From an uncultured Gemmataceae bacterium (GTDB taxonomy: Bacteria > Planctomycetota > Planctomycetia > Gemmatales > Gemmataceae): a stretch of DNA of 64,000 nucleotides. Below, piece by piece: positions 52,851 to 62,476 of this stretch (position 1 is its first letter; each line of letters begins with the position of its first letter). The DNA lies in contig CAVVPN010000011.1 of assembly GCA_963750165.1 (NCBI GenBank), positions 768,001-832,000 on the forward strand, written 5' to 3'. Made by a program: the position numbers and the translations under genes. The notes beneath the pieces are model-generated. The model saw only the letters and a list, made by a program, of their open reading frames with translations, ran no database searches and was not told the origin of the DNA.

Positions 52851-53767
52851 GTCGTTTCTCTCAAGCCTTGTTCGGGGCGGCCCTCGCCATGCTGGTGGGC
52901 CTTGCCACAGCCGTGGCACAGAATCCGGGCGGTCAGCCGCCGGGCGGCAAGCAACCCGCGGGCGCCGGCGGTTCCGGCCCGTACAAGGCGATCGTCATCG
53001 GTGAGCCGACCCTGGCGTCGCACGCCGTTTACCGCCCCAGGGACCTCTCGCCCTTCGGCAAGGACAACAAGCTGTCGATCGTCCTGTGGGGCAACGGCGG
53101 CGGCGCCAACAGTTCCAGCAGCTATGCCCGATTCCTCACGGAAATCGCCTCGCACGGGTTCCTCGTGGTGGCCATCGGTCCGGTGAAAGGCGCGGCGAAG
53201 GACGGCAAGGGGGCTGGCGGCAAGGGGGGCGGGACCAAATCCTCCCAGTTGCTTGACGGGCTGAACTGGGCCATCGCCCAGAACGAAGGGGACGGCGACT
53301 ACAAGGGGAAACTCGACACGAAGAAGGTTGCCGCGATGGGCCATTCCCTCGGCGGGTTGCAGGCCCTGGAAATCTCCACCGATCCCCGCATCACGACGAC
53401 CGTCTGCTGGAACAGCGGGGTGCTCGGCGGCGGCAAGGCGCTGGGGCCCAAGGTGTCCCGGGATGACTTGAACAAGTTGCACGGGCCGCTCGCATATTTC
53501 AACGGCGGGCCGAAGGACATCGCGACCCCGAACGCGGAGGCCGACTTCAAGGCAATCAAGACCCTTCCGGTCTTTTTCGCCAGCTGCGACGTGGGGCACG
53601 GTGGGACTTTTGTGCAACCGAATGGCGGCGGGTACGGGGTGGTGGGGGTGGCCTGGTTGAAGTGGCAGCTCAAGGGAGACGAGGAGGCCGCCAGGATGTT
53701 CCGGGGCGACCCCCCCGGGCTGGCCGCCGACAAAAAGTGGACCGTAAAGGCGAAGAACCTGAAATAG
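52847..53767 (+). CDS. Secreted alpha/beta hydrolase
   Basis: WGNG, IASHGF, nucleophile elbow GHSLGG, GHGGT. Confidence 0.88.
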   Translation: MSRFSQALFGAALAMLVGLATAVAQNPGGQPPGGKQPAGAGGSGPYKAIVIGEPTLASHAVYRPRDLSPFGKDNKLSIVLWGNGGGANSSSSYARFLTEIASHGFLVVAIGPVKGAAKDGKGAGGKGGGTKSSQLLDGLNWAIAQNEGDGDYKGKLDTKKVAAMGHSLGGLQALEISTDPRITTTVCWNSGVLGGGKALGPKVSRDDLNKLHGPLAYFNGGPKDIATPNAEADFKAIKTLPVFFASCDVGHGGTFVQPNGGGYGVVGVAWLKWQLKGDEEAARMFRGDPPGLAADKKWTVKAKNLK

Positions 53768-53774
53768 TAGAAAA

Positions 53775-53811
53775 CCCCTCCCCCCTCCCCTGCGAGGAGA
53801 GGGGGGAGGGG
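53775..53811. repeat. REP-like palindrome or terminator between convergent genes
   Basis: CCCCTCCCCCCTC...GAGGGGGGAGGGG; a related hairpin sits at 56014-56044. Confidence 0.6.
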
Positions 53812-53838
53812 CATCCTACAGAGCATGACTGTCTGCGA

Positions 53839-54378
53839 TTATTCGGTTGTGAAGCGGACCTCGTCGCACACCAGGTAACCGCCCGGCGGCGCGCCCGAAA
53901 AGCGGATGTAGGCGATCGCCGAACCCTTCACCGTCAGCTCGAAGCTCGGGATCGGCTGCTCCGGCCTGGTTCGCTTCGGCACCTTCTCCCGCGACGCCCT
54001 GGCCACCACCTTGCCGTCCCTGTCACACGCCTCCACGAGGGCCGCGCTGCCGACCGACCCCCACAACACCAGCGTGACGCTCGACACCGGTTTCGGAAAG
54101 CGGACCTCGACCGGGATCGACTCGTTGGCCATCGCGTTGAGAATGCCCTTCCGCGGTGTCTTCAGGTGCGGAAAGAACATCACCCGCCCCGCAGCCTTGC
54201 TCCTGGCCGGCTGATGCGCCGGGGCGAAGACGACGCCCTGGTTGGTGTAACTCGGCATCGGCTTTCCCGTTTCGACCTTGTCGAAGGTGATGGTCACCGG
54301 CCCCTGGGCCGGCGCCGCGCCTGCGGGCGCGAAGAGACCGCTGAGGACCGCCAGGCTGATTATTCGCGTGTGCGTCAT
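53839..54378 (-). CDS. Secreted hypothetical protein
   Basis: Signal peptide and beta-sandwich-like pattern; directly follows DUF1552. Confidence 0.75.
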   Translation of the reverse strand: MTHTRIISLAVLSGLFAPAGAAPAQGPVTITFDKVETGKPMPSYTNQGVVFAPAHQPARSKAAGRVMFFPHLKTPRKGILNAMANESIPVEVRFPKPVSSVTLVLWGSVGSAALVEACDRDGKVVARASREKVPKRTRPEQPIPSFELTVKGSAIAYIRFSGAPPGGYLVCDEVRFTTE

Positions 54379-54381
54379 GGT

Positions 54382-55698
54382 TCACACCATTTCCAGCCCG
54401 CGCATCGTGCCCGTCGAGGGGCCGAAGCTGTTCTGATTGATCCCCATCCGTCGTAGCATCGACACGAACAGGTTGGGGAGCGGATAGTTGCGACTGCGGT
54501 CGAAGGTCAGGTGCTGGCCGTGCCGGAAGCCGCCGCCGGCAAACAGGGTCGGCAGGTTCGTTGTCGAGTGCGCGTTGGCGTCCCCCAGGTTGGAGCCGTA
54601 CAGGACCATCGTGCGGTCCAGGAGCCGCGCCCCGCCTTCCCGCACCTCCTTCAAGCCCTGGAGCAGGCCGGCCAGCAGCCGCATGTGCCCTTCGTCGATC
54701 ACCCGGAGTTGCGCCAGCTTTTCCTCGGCCATGCCGTGGTGCGACAGGTTGTGATAGCTGTCGGTGATCGTGGCGCCGGCGATCTGCAGGACCGGCGTGC
54801 CGACGCTGTTGAGCATCAGCGTGATGGCGCGGGTCGAATCGGTCTCGAAGGCCAGGCGCGCCAGGTCGTACATGACCTGCACGCGGGCCATGTACTGCGC
54901 CGGGCTGGCGGGGTCGGTCGGGGCACTGACGTTGACCCGCGGCCTCGGGCGGTCGGCCCAGCCGCGCGACTCCTGGAGCCGGTGCTCCAGGTCGCGGACG
55001 CTGGAAAAATACTGGTCGAGCCGGCCGCGGTCGCGGGCGCCGACCTGCCGTTGGAGGTCCCTGGCCTGCCCAGCGACCGCGTCCAGGATGCTCCGCCCCG
55101 TGTCGATTTCCCGGATCTGGGCCTCGACCTGGGCGGGGGTGCCTTGCAGGAAGAGCTGGTTGAACACCCGGGACGCCTGGTTTTCCGGCGGGATCGCCAC
55201 GCCGGTGCGCGTCCACGACAGGCTGCGGCCGCCGTTGACCGCCAGCGTCAGCGACGGGAACCGCGTCGAATTGCCGACCCGCTCGGCCACCAACTGGTCG
55301 AGCGAGATCGAGTTGCGGAACGAGCTGCTGGCCGGGTGCGGGGCCGCGGTCAAAAAGCAGATGTCCGACGGGTGGCCGCCGTCCACGCCCGGGTGCGACA
55401 CGCCGCTCAGCACGGTGAAGTCGGCGCGGTGCTCTTGCAGCAGCGTCAGGTAGGGCGAGGGCGTGAAATCACGGCCGGCGTCCCGGGGGAAGAAGCGGTC
55501 CGGCAGCAGGCCCAGGTTGTTGCAGATGCAAAACATCCGCGGCGGCGGGCCTGGGTTCTGCGCGGACGGCGCCTGCATCGACTCCAGCAGCGGCAGCGCC
55601 AGCGCCACGGCCGCGCCGCGGAGGAAGCGCCGCCGCGAGATCGGCCGCCGGGTGGATGCGAACGGGGCCGTGAACGCTGAGCCGGTTTGCGGGTTCAT
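54382..55698 (-). CDS. DUF1552 (HXXSHH) protein
   Basis: Tat-like SRRRFLRG, SISLDQ, LAFETDSTR, YHNLSHH, GSNLGDANAH. Confidence 0.93.
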   Translation of the reverse strand: MNPQTGSAFTAPFASTRRPISRRRFLRGAAVALALPLLESMQAPSAQNPGPPPRMFCICNNLGLLPDRFFPRDAGRDFTPSPYLTLLQEHRADFTVLSGVSHPGVDGGHPSDICFLTAAPHPASSSFRNSISLDQLVAERVGNSTRFPSLTLAVNGGRSLSWTRTGVAIPPENQASRVFNQLFLQGTPAQVEAQIREIDTGRSILDAVAGQARDLQRQVGARDRGRLDQYFSSVRDLEHRLQESRGWADRPRPRVNVSAPTDPASPAQYMARVQVMYDLARLAFETDSTRAITLMLNSVGTPVLQIAGATITDSYHNLSHHGMAEEKLAQLRVIDEGHMRLLAGLLQGLKEVREGGARLLDRTMVLYGSNLGDANAHSTTNLPTLFAGGGFRHGQHLTFDRSRNYPLPNLFVSMLRRMGINQNSFGPSTGTMRGLEMV

Positions 55699-56153
55699 CG
55701 CCGGTCTTCCCTACTGGTTGCGGAACGCCCTTGGGGCCACGGCGGCGGATTTGGGAGTCCAGCTTACCCAACCGGAGGCACGGGGGCAATAAGTTTCCCT
55801 TTGATAACGCTGCCGAGAGCCACCCTATCGCCGCCTGATACCTGTTCCGGCGGTTCCTGTCCGGTTCCCTCCCCCTGGGTGGGGTTGAGTTTGCCACTTT
55901 GCCAGATTGCCAGATTACACCTATCCCATGACGGCACTTCGGCACGGACTGGCAACCCTCGGCACCGCCACACCCCACCGCAACGCGCTATAATCTGGCT
56001 GTGTCCCCCCACCTTCCCTCTCCCCCCTGGCGGGGGAGAGGGAACCGGACACCCTCTCCCGGTTCGTGTATGAGCCGGACGCACAAGTGGCCTATCTGGC
56101 CTTTGGGGCAGGTGCTTGTACCTGATCGATGAAGCTGTCCCTGGCAAGCTGGC

Positions 56154-56630
56154 TTACGTGATCAGCACCGCCTCGACGGCGTCGTACCAGGCGACGACGC
56201 GATCAACCACGTCCCCAAGCAAGACGTCCGTCAGTGGGGCGCAATTCGCCTGCGTGTGGTGGACGAGCTTCGGGCCGTCCCCGTTCACGACCGGCTCCGC
56301 GAGCCAGGAGAAAAACGCCTGTTCGTCCCGCACCGTGAAGAAGAACAGGCAGACGGGGTAGGTGAATTTCCTCAGTCCCTGGAAGAAGCCCATCGTCGGT
56401 CCGAGAACCTTGTTCGCCTGCTCGGCAGTCGTGGGGGAGGGCACGCCGCGCAGCAGGACGCCGAAGACAATCCGCATCGGCTTGTCCTCGCGGTCCACGT
56501 AGACGTGGAGGTCCAGGTCTGTCTGCTCCTTTGTCTCCACGACGCGCAGGTCGTCCCTCCGGGTGAGGATGACGTTGGCCCTGGAACGCACCTGGTCGCC
56601 GATATAACGCTCGTTCGTCTCCCTGGTCAT
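56154..56630 (-). CDS. DUF4365-like protein with degenerate catalytic motifs
   Basis: LTRRDDL..DLDL.V..FGVLLRG..PVCLFFF..AFFSW. Confidence 0.65.
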   Translation of the reverse strand: MTRETNERYIGDQVRSRANVILTRRDDLRVVETKEQTDLDLHVYVDREDKPMRIVFGVLLRGVPSPTTAEQANKVLGPTMGFFQGLRKFTYPVCLFFFTVRDEQAFFSWLAEPVVNGDGPKLVHHTQANCAPLTDVLLGDVVDRVVAWYDAVEAVLIT

Positions 56631-56639
56631 GGCGAGTCC

Positions 56640-57134
56640 TCATTGGTTGTGAAAAGACGACGAGGTCCGCCTCATATCGCGGCCTTGCCAGAACCCGCGT
56701 ACTTCCTCCCACAGTCGCAGGAGGGTCGCGCCGTTCAACTCGTGAGCCGTGGTGATGGACGGGATCGCCGCGCTCATGCCCTGGTGAACCGAGATGACGA
56801 ACGCCCGTTCGTCGCGTTCCTGGACTCCGATGACGTAGGTGGGGGCCGGGAATGCGACCATCTGGCGAATATCCTCCTCAGCGAACTCGACCCGAAGGCG
56901 TGGAGGGTTCTGCGTCCTGGTGTAGTCCTTCCGGGTAGTCTTCACCTGCACGAAGAAGAAGGGCGTGCTGGGGCCGACGTCAACCAGTTCGACCAGGAAG
57001 TCGAACGTCTGCTTCTTCTCACCCAGGAAGTGCGGCCAGAAGTAAGGCAGGTCGGCGTCGGTCCGCCAGATCCGGTCGAACCGCATCGAGGCAATCGACT
57101 CGCCTCTACCCCCGATGTAGTCGGATTTTCCCAT
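56640..57134 (-). CDS. DUF4365-like PD-(D/E)xK nuclease
   Basis: IGGRGE..FDFLVEL..FFFVQVKTT. Confidence 0.75.
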   Translation of the reverse strand: MGKSDYIGGRGESIASMRFDRIWRTDADLPYFWPHFLGEKKQTFDFLVELVDVGPSTPFFFVQVKTTRKDYTRTQNPPRLRVEFAEEDIRQMVAFPAPTYVIGVQERDERAFVISVHQGMSAAIPSITTAHELNGATLLRLWEEVRGFWQGRDMRRTSSSFHNQ

Positions 57135-57337
57135 CGGCGCCCCTTCCCACACAATCCTTTCTGTTGATTCTACGGAAGTGGCGGCTGGAGAGCCGCGCGT
57201 TGTCGTCGAGAGCCACCCTATCGCGGCCTGAGCCGGGCGCAGAAGTGGCCGGTCTGGTGCGCGGCGATCCACACGCCGATAGCAATGTGACTGCCGCGCC
57301 GAGGGCTTCGACGCGAACGCACCTCGGTGTGTCCGGC

Positions 57338-57532
57338 GAATGGCACTAGCTTAAGCGCAAGCTGTGGATTGGTAATACTTTACTGCGCAGCACCGCGGTT
57401 GGGGGCCTGCGGCCTCCCTCACGAGGCGCTGAAATCCGCAGGCCTCATCCATCAGCGCCGGCGAGCCGACTTTTCGGCGCTACTGCGCAAGTCGTTACGA
57501 GAAAGCCACTTGCGATTAAGCTAGTGCCATTC
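57338..57532. mobile_element. MITE / internally deleted IS4-like element
   Basis: TIR GAATGGCACTAGCTTAA(G/T)CGCAAG with one mismatch; 11-bp TSD GTGTGTCCGGC at 57327-57337 and 57533-57543. Confidence 0.85.
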
Positions 57533-57681
57533 GTGTGTCCGGCCGCAGGCGCAACGAACATCGTCTTGTCCACGCTGCGTCTCGAAAAGCAATCATGCGG
57601 CCCCCGGCTGCTTTTCGTCTTCGTCAACCGTATTCGCATGGACAAAATTTCACTTGACGCTTTGCTGTGTGCTTATAAAAC

Positions 57682-59039
57682 CTGACCGTCACGGATTGTG
57701 GGGCGAATGATTTCCGCGGCGGTATCCACCCAGGGAAGCGGATACCAAGAGGTTTTGGAGCCAGTCGTCGTGATACCGGTGCTGGTTGATCCGCTCCGCC
57801 GGGCTGCGCCAGCCGCCGTGGGCCCGCGCCGTCGCGGGGTGCCACGGCCGGAAGTTGTGCAACAGCGCCCACCCCCGACAGTGCAGGGCACAGGCCGCGG
57901 CGCTGCCGTGCAGGTGCTGCGCGTCCTCGAAGTAGCGGCTCATGGACCGCATCAGCCGGTCCAGCATGGTGCTGGTCCGGTGGCCGCCCGGGTGCCGGTA
58001 CGCCACGCCATACTCCCGCGCCCGGCCGCACAACTTCTCGACCTGTTCCAGCAACCAGGCGGTCAGGGGTTGGACCCGCGCCCACTGCCCCAACCGCCGC
58101 AGCCGTTGCGCGAAACTCCGGCGGTCCGGGCGCGGAACGCCTCCCACACCTTCCGGGACAGTTCCGCGAACGCCGCGCTGAGTTTGCCCCGGCTGCGGAG
58201 GTTGAGCCAGCCGTGCAAGAAGCAGCGCAACAACACCACCAGCGGGAACAAAGTCCGCCACGCCTGGTGGGTGGCCGCCCAGCCATCCACACTCACCGTC
58301 TGGGGTCGGTAGTCGGGCTGCACGTCGTGCGCCTCCTCCTGGAAGGTCGTGTAGGCGGCTTGCAAGTCCTCGGCGCCGGCCGTCTGGGCCAGGGCCGCCC
58401 CCAGGCAACAGCCCTCCCCGACCGTGGTGGCGATGTAGTTCTTCAGGCCGGCGCGGCTCTGGTGGTGCTCGTCGGCGAGCAGGTGCTCGGGCAGGGGGGC
58501 GCGGCGGAGGGTGGTGCCGACGATGCTGTGGCGCCCCAGGCCGACCGCCAGGCGATACCAGTACATGGCGTCCCTGCCGAAGACGCGGGCCAGGGCCCAG
58601 AAGGGCACGCCGAAGGCCCGCAGGAACAAGGGCGCCTGCACCTGGTCGGCCGAACCGGTCTGGTACGGCAGGGCGAAACTGGGGCGGACGGAGAAGGCCT
58701 GGCCGGTGGCCCGCAGGCGGAGGCGGCGCAGCGCAGGCCGGTCTTGGCGGAGCGGCGGCTGTCCTTGAGGCGGTAGCCCAGGGCGAAGTCTTGGGGGAAC
58801 AACTCCGGCCAGGAGCGGAAGGCTTGATCGAGCCAGCCGCGAAACCGCCTTGGGTCCTCGACGAGGTCTTGGTAGGCGTCTGTGCCGATGGGCAAACAAA
58901 TGGTAGAACAAGAGCGGGCCAAGGGTCACCTCCGCGTCGTGCGGGTTTACAGCAAAGGTGATTCTTGGCCCGTTTCATGCGCTTGTCCCCTGGACGCTTG
59001 TTTACAACTCCAGGCCGCCCCTCAATCCGTGACGGTCAG
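57682..59039 (-). mobile_element. Insertion sequence with a frameshifted DDE-like transposase (57689-58922)
   Basis: 24-bp TIR CTGACCGTCACGGATTG(T/A)GGGGCG; 8-bp TSD TATAAAAC; motifs LLADEHH, VSVDGW, CFLH, RTSTMLDRLM. Confidence 0.9.
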
Positions 59040-59131
59040 TATAAAACTAGCAATTAATGCCGGCGAGCGGCAATTCCCGGAGTAACTTCCTCTAGGTCCA
59101 CAGATACCAACCTCCAACTCGAGGTCCACCC

Positions 59132-60613
59132 ATGAGCCCGCAACCCTCGACATCATGCCGCGCAGTTCGCTCCTTGGTTCTGGCTGGCGCGGTTGTTGCT
59201 TTTCTGGCCCTCGCTTCCGACCTGTTCGCCGGACCCCCAATTTCTTTCATCAACGGTGACGACTTTCGCCTATCTCGTTTCGGCGACACGGAAGGCCGCC
59301 TGATGGCCGTCCCGGCTCGCGGCCCTTCGGGGGTGAGGGGTGCCTTTGGTCGAGTCGGCGGCGTTTTGTTTCAAGGGACGGCAAAACCCGCGAACCCCAT
59401 CAAGGGCCCCATCAAGCTTTCGTTCAAACCAAAAGGTAAACATGATGCCAGCCTCCAGGTCGAGTTCGACGGGATGCAAGGCTCATCTGAAGTGCCGGCC
59501 TGGGTTTGGGTTGTCGCGGCACGATTCGCGGCAAACGGCAACACAGCGGCAATCAGCCTGTACGGCAACCCCGAAACCAAGGCCGATGTCGATTACCTCA
59601 GGGCCAATCCCGATGGGTTTTTGGTTAATTATCATCCTGAGTTGGCAAACACGTTGGTAGGATTCATGCTCTTTTTGTCTGACACAATGTTTGTCCAAGG
59701 TAACCCCAACCTCATGCGCAAGGCCACCACGAAGCTGCAGGATTTTGATAAGTACTCAGGTTACCACCAAAAGTTCAATGAACCGAAAAGCGCCGCGGCG
59801 GCGAAACAGCTCGCGGCGGCCATCAACGTCGGCGATTGGCAAACCTACATGCTCAACGACGTCGCGACCGATTACACATTCGCCGTCGCCGGCGGCGCAC
59901 TGAAGTTAACGGGAGTGCCGGATTACCAATTCGCCAAATTCGACAAGAAGTTGGAAATTAAGAATGGTAAACTCACCAATAACGATCCAAAAGACAAAAC
60001 AACCAAGGTGGCCTGCAAGACGCACAAGTTCATGATGGAGGCTGGCGAGGCGTACAAAATCCGCATGGTGAGCAGCGAGGTGGATGCTTTCCTCCGCCTC
60101 GAAGACAAAGACGGTAAACAGTTGGCGGAAAACGACGACGAGAACAAAAGCACCTTTAACGCGCGAATCGACTTCGTGTGCAACGCAACTGCGGAGTATC
60201 ACATCATCGCCACCTGCTATCCGAAACCGGTGGATCCTAAGTTAGCGACGGTGGGAAAGTATCAACTAACTGTGGAGCAGATGGTTGCGGTTAACAACGC
60301 CTCAAAGGCGATCCGGGACAACCGTAACTTGCTTTACGACCTGAACCCTCAACTTTATGCCGTGGTCGATGACTTCGCCCAGATGGTGGCATTTTTCAAT
60401 TACGTCAAGGCCCAGAATCCTGCCGGCTTCAAGGCGTTTGTGAACCAACTCGGCGATGTGATGAAGATCATACCCGAGATGAAAACCCCCGCAGGTTGGG
60501 CGCCCAAGGCCGTCAAATCCACACTCTCGGGATCCCACGCGCGGCCACTTGTCCATTGGGCAGGGTCCGAAGTTACGCGACGCTACTCCGAGGTGTCAGG
60601 CTTGTCCTATTGA
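59132..60613 (+). CDS. Secreted protein with an internal PPC-like domain
   Basis: Signal peptide; VDAFLRLEDKDGKQLAENDD..NARI. Confidence 0.75.
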   Translation: MSPQPSTSCRAVRSLVLAGAVVAFLALASDLFAGPPISFINGDDFRLSRFGDTEGRLMAVPARGPSGVRGAFGRVGGVLFQGTAKPANPIKGPIKLSFKPKGKHDASLQVEFDGMQGSSEVPAWVWVVAARFAANGNTAAISLYGNPETKADVDYLRANPDGFLVNYHPELANTLVGFMLFLSDTMFVQGNPNLMRKATTKLQDFDKYSGYHQKFNEPKSAAAAKQLAAAINVGDWQTYMLNDVATDYTFAVAGGALKLTGVPDYQFAKFDKKLEIKNGKLTNNDPKDKTTKVACKTHKFMMEAGEAYKIRMVSSEVDAFLRLEDKDGKQLAENDDENKSTFNARIDFVCNATAEYHIIATCYPKPVDPKLATVGKYQLTVEQMVAVNNASKAIRDNRNLLYDLNPQLYAVVDDFAQMVAFFNYVKAQNPAGFKAFVNQLGDVMKIIPEMKTPAGWAPKAVKSTLSGSHARPLVHWAGSEVTRRYSEVSGLSY

Positions 60614-60650
60614 GTTCGCGTAGCCATCCTGCCAAGGCGAGTGGAGAGAG

Positions 60651-61676
60651 TTGTCATTGGAGCGTACACCATCTGACAACCTGAACAACCGATTTTACCA
60701 CTCTTTTCCGAGGCGAGCGAAGGAGGATTCTGTTGCCCAAGGTCTTGCAATCCTCCAGTCCATCCTGGAAACGGGACTCTTACTGGTCCCCGAACTGAAT
60801 GAATTCCCAGGCGAGTTAGACGAGGACACTGGCCAGGTCGGGTCTCCGCTCAGGGCTTTCCGGCGAAGGTTCTGCCTCACACAGCTTTCGGCCGCCGAAG
60901 TTGGCGGTCACGGGGCCGTGTTCGGCAATTTCCACCTTGCGTTTACCTGGCAAGTGGTGAGGCTGCTTGGTGCAATCCCGGTGATCTACATTCCCCAGCC
61001 GCTTGGAGTGGGCCAACACGACCTCGGCCTCCTGGGTAACACCCTGGTCCATCGGATGTTCGAAATTCAACAGTTACTCGAAGACCTCGACAACCTTAAT
61101 CAATCTATTGCCGCGAACCGCGAGTGCTCGCAGATCGAGCTCAACGTCGCAGATCGCAAGCGGGTCTTTAGGACGGAGGACCTATCTTGGTTATTGTCTT
61201 CCTTGACCGATCGACGACAGCCTTTGGCCGTGTTGGCGGCGGTGACCAAGGTCATGTCGGCGTTTTTTCATCCCACGGAGTACTATGCAGAAGAAAAGGG
61301 AAGCTGGGGTGCCGGTAGGTTAGGGGCAGCCAAGGGCCTGTCCTATTACAAGCAGCGCGAGTGGCGGATCGTAGGCGACATTGTGTTGAAGCAGGAGAAA
61401 CTTGACCGAAAATTGTTAGACACCGAAAGTCGTCGGCTCCTGTCTTTTGACGGCGAGTTTTTCGGTCGTCAAATGGAGTTCCCTTCGGGCAAATGGCGGT
61501 TGGTGGACAAATGCACGACGATCGAGGCCGTCGGGGGTAAGCACGTCCGGTTCTTAATAGACGCGATCATCGTGCCTAACGAGGCGTTGGAGCGCGCGGC
61601 GCAATTGGCGCAACAGTTCGGGCTGGTTGGTGACGCGGTAACGACCATCGACGAGTTAACGAGGCGTGCACAATGA
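60651..61676 (+). CDS. AbiGi-like (ART-related fold) putative defence protein
   Basis: FYH..L.ILQSILETGL..FCLT....H...FG.F.LAF..GAIPVIY..YYKQREWRI. Confidence 0.65.
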   Translation: MSLERTPSDNLNNRFYHSFPRRAKEDSVAQGLAILQSILETGLLLVPELNEFPGELDEDTGQVGSPLRAFRRRFCLTQLSAAEVGGHGAVFGNFHLAFTWQVVRLLGAIPVIYIPQPLGVGQHDLGLLGNTLVHRMFEIQQLLEDLDNLNQSIAANRECSQIELNVADRKRVFRTEDLSWLLSSLTDRRQPLAVLAAVTKVMSAFFHPTEYYAEEKGSWGAGRLGAAKGLSYYKQREWRIVGDIVLKQEKLDRKLLDTESRRLLSFDGEFFGRQMEFPSGKWRLVDKCTTIEAVGGKHVRFLIDAIIVPNEALERAAQLAQQFGLVGDAVTTIDELTRRAQ

Positions 61677-62401
61677 ACTCCACTTGGAACAGCTTGGAAG
61701 TGGCTAAACTGTTCGTTTCCTTCCTGACTCCCCTGGTCGTTTTGCTCGTCGGCGTTTGGGTGCGCAAGCTTCTGGAGAAGTTGGAATCCGCTCAGTGGGT
61801 AAATCAAACAGTCATCGAGTGGAAGATGCGGGCTTACGAAGAAATGGCGCCCGCGTTAAACGATGTGTTTTGCTACATGTTGTATGTTGGCAGTTGGAAG
61901 GAGTTGACGCCCCCGAAGATCCTCGAAACAAAGCGGTTCTTGGACAAAAAAATTGCTGTGCTCGGACCGCTGTTTTCTGATGGCCCTCATGTCGCGCTGC
62001 GGGAATTCATGGATCTTTGCTTCAAGACCTGGCGCAGGCGCAACTCGGACGCGGGGTTCCGTACGGATTTTGATTCGCGGAGGGAGGCGCTGGGTAATCA
62101 ATGGAATAAGGAATGGGAGGCTCTGTTTGTCGAGGAGCGGGAAAAATCGAGCCGGGAACAGATCGAAGCGAAATACAAGGAACTGGTGAGGCTGTTGGTG
62201 CGAGACCTTAACCTGTCGCTTCATATCGAGTCGGTTGGGCAACGTGCGGTGTCGGGCGCACAGGTGGCGAACGCTGGCGCGCCACTGGATCAGAATGGCT
62301 TGCCTGGCACCGCAGGCCGAGGGCAACAGTCAGCCGAACATGCTGAACCGTTCCCTCCCGGGACAGCAGCAAGGGAATCTATCGTGCGAGAATCCCAATA
62401 G
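61673..62401 (+). CDS. Membrane-anchored hypothetical protein coupled to the AbiGi-like gene
   Basis: ATGA overlap; N-terminal TM LFVSFLTPLVVLLVGVWV followed by a helical domain. Confidence 0.7.
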   Translation: MNSTWNSLEVAKLFVSFLTPLVVLLVGVWVRKLLEKLESAQWVNQTVIEWKMRAYEEMAPALNDVFCYMLYVGSWKELTPPKILETKRFLDKKIAVLGPLFSDGPHVALREFMDLCFKTWRRRNSDAGFRTDFDSRREALGNQWNKEWEALFVEEREKSSREQIEAKYKELVRLLVRDLNLSLHIESVGQRAVSGAQVANAGAPLDQNGLPGTAGRGQQSAEHAEPFPPGTAARESIVRESQ

Positions 62402-62476
62402 GCGTTGGACGGTCCAACGCTACAGGATGTGGGGCCCGAAACCTCCAGCGGGTTGCTGGTTCATCGCTCTCCTTCC

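Larger units (their letters stand above)
55727..62457. mobile_element. Accessory insert between DUF1592 and DUF1552, flanked by imperfect direct repeats
   Basis: 55692-55726 matches 62458-62492 at 30/35, with a perfect core CTTCCCTACTGGTT; cargo is visibly lower in GC. Confidence 0.65.

Noticed and set aside
29600..62400. Integron cassette array
   Set aside because: Only isolated GTTAGGC/GCCGAAC boxes occur, with no repeated attC between genes; the integrase at 21896 is phage/ICE-type.
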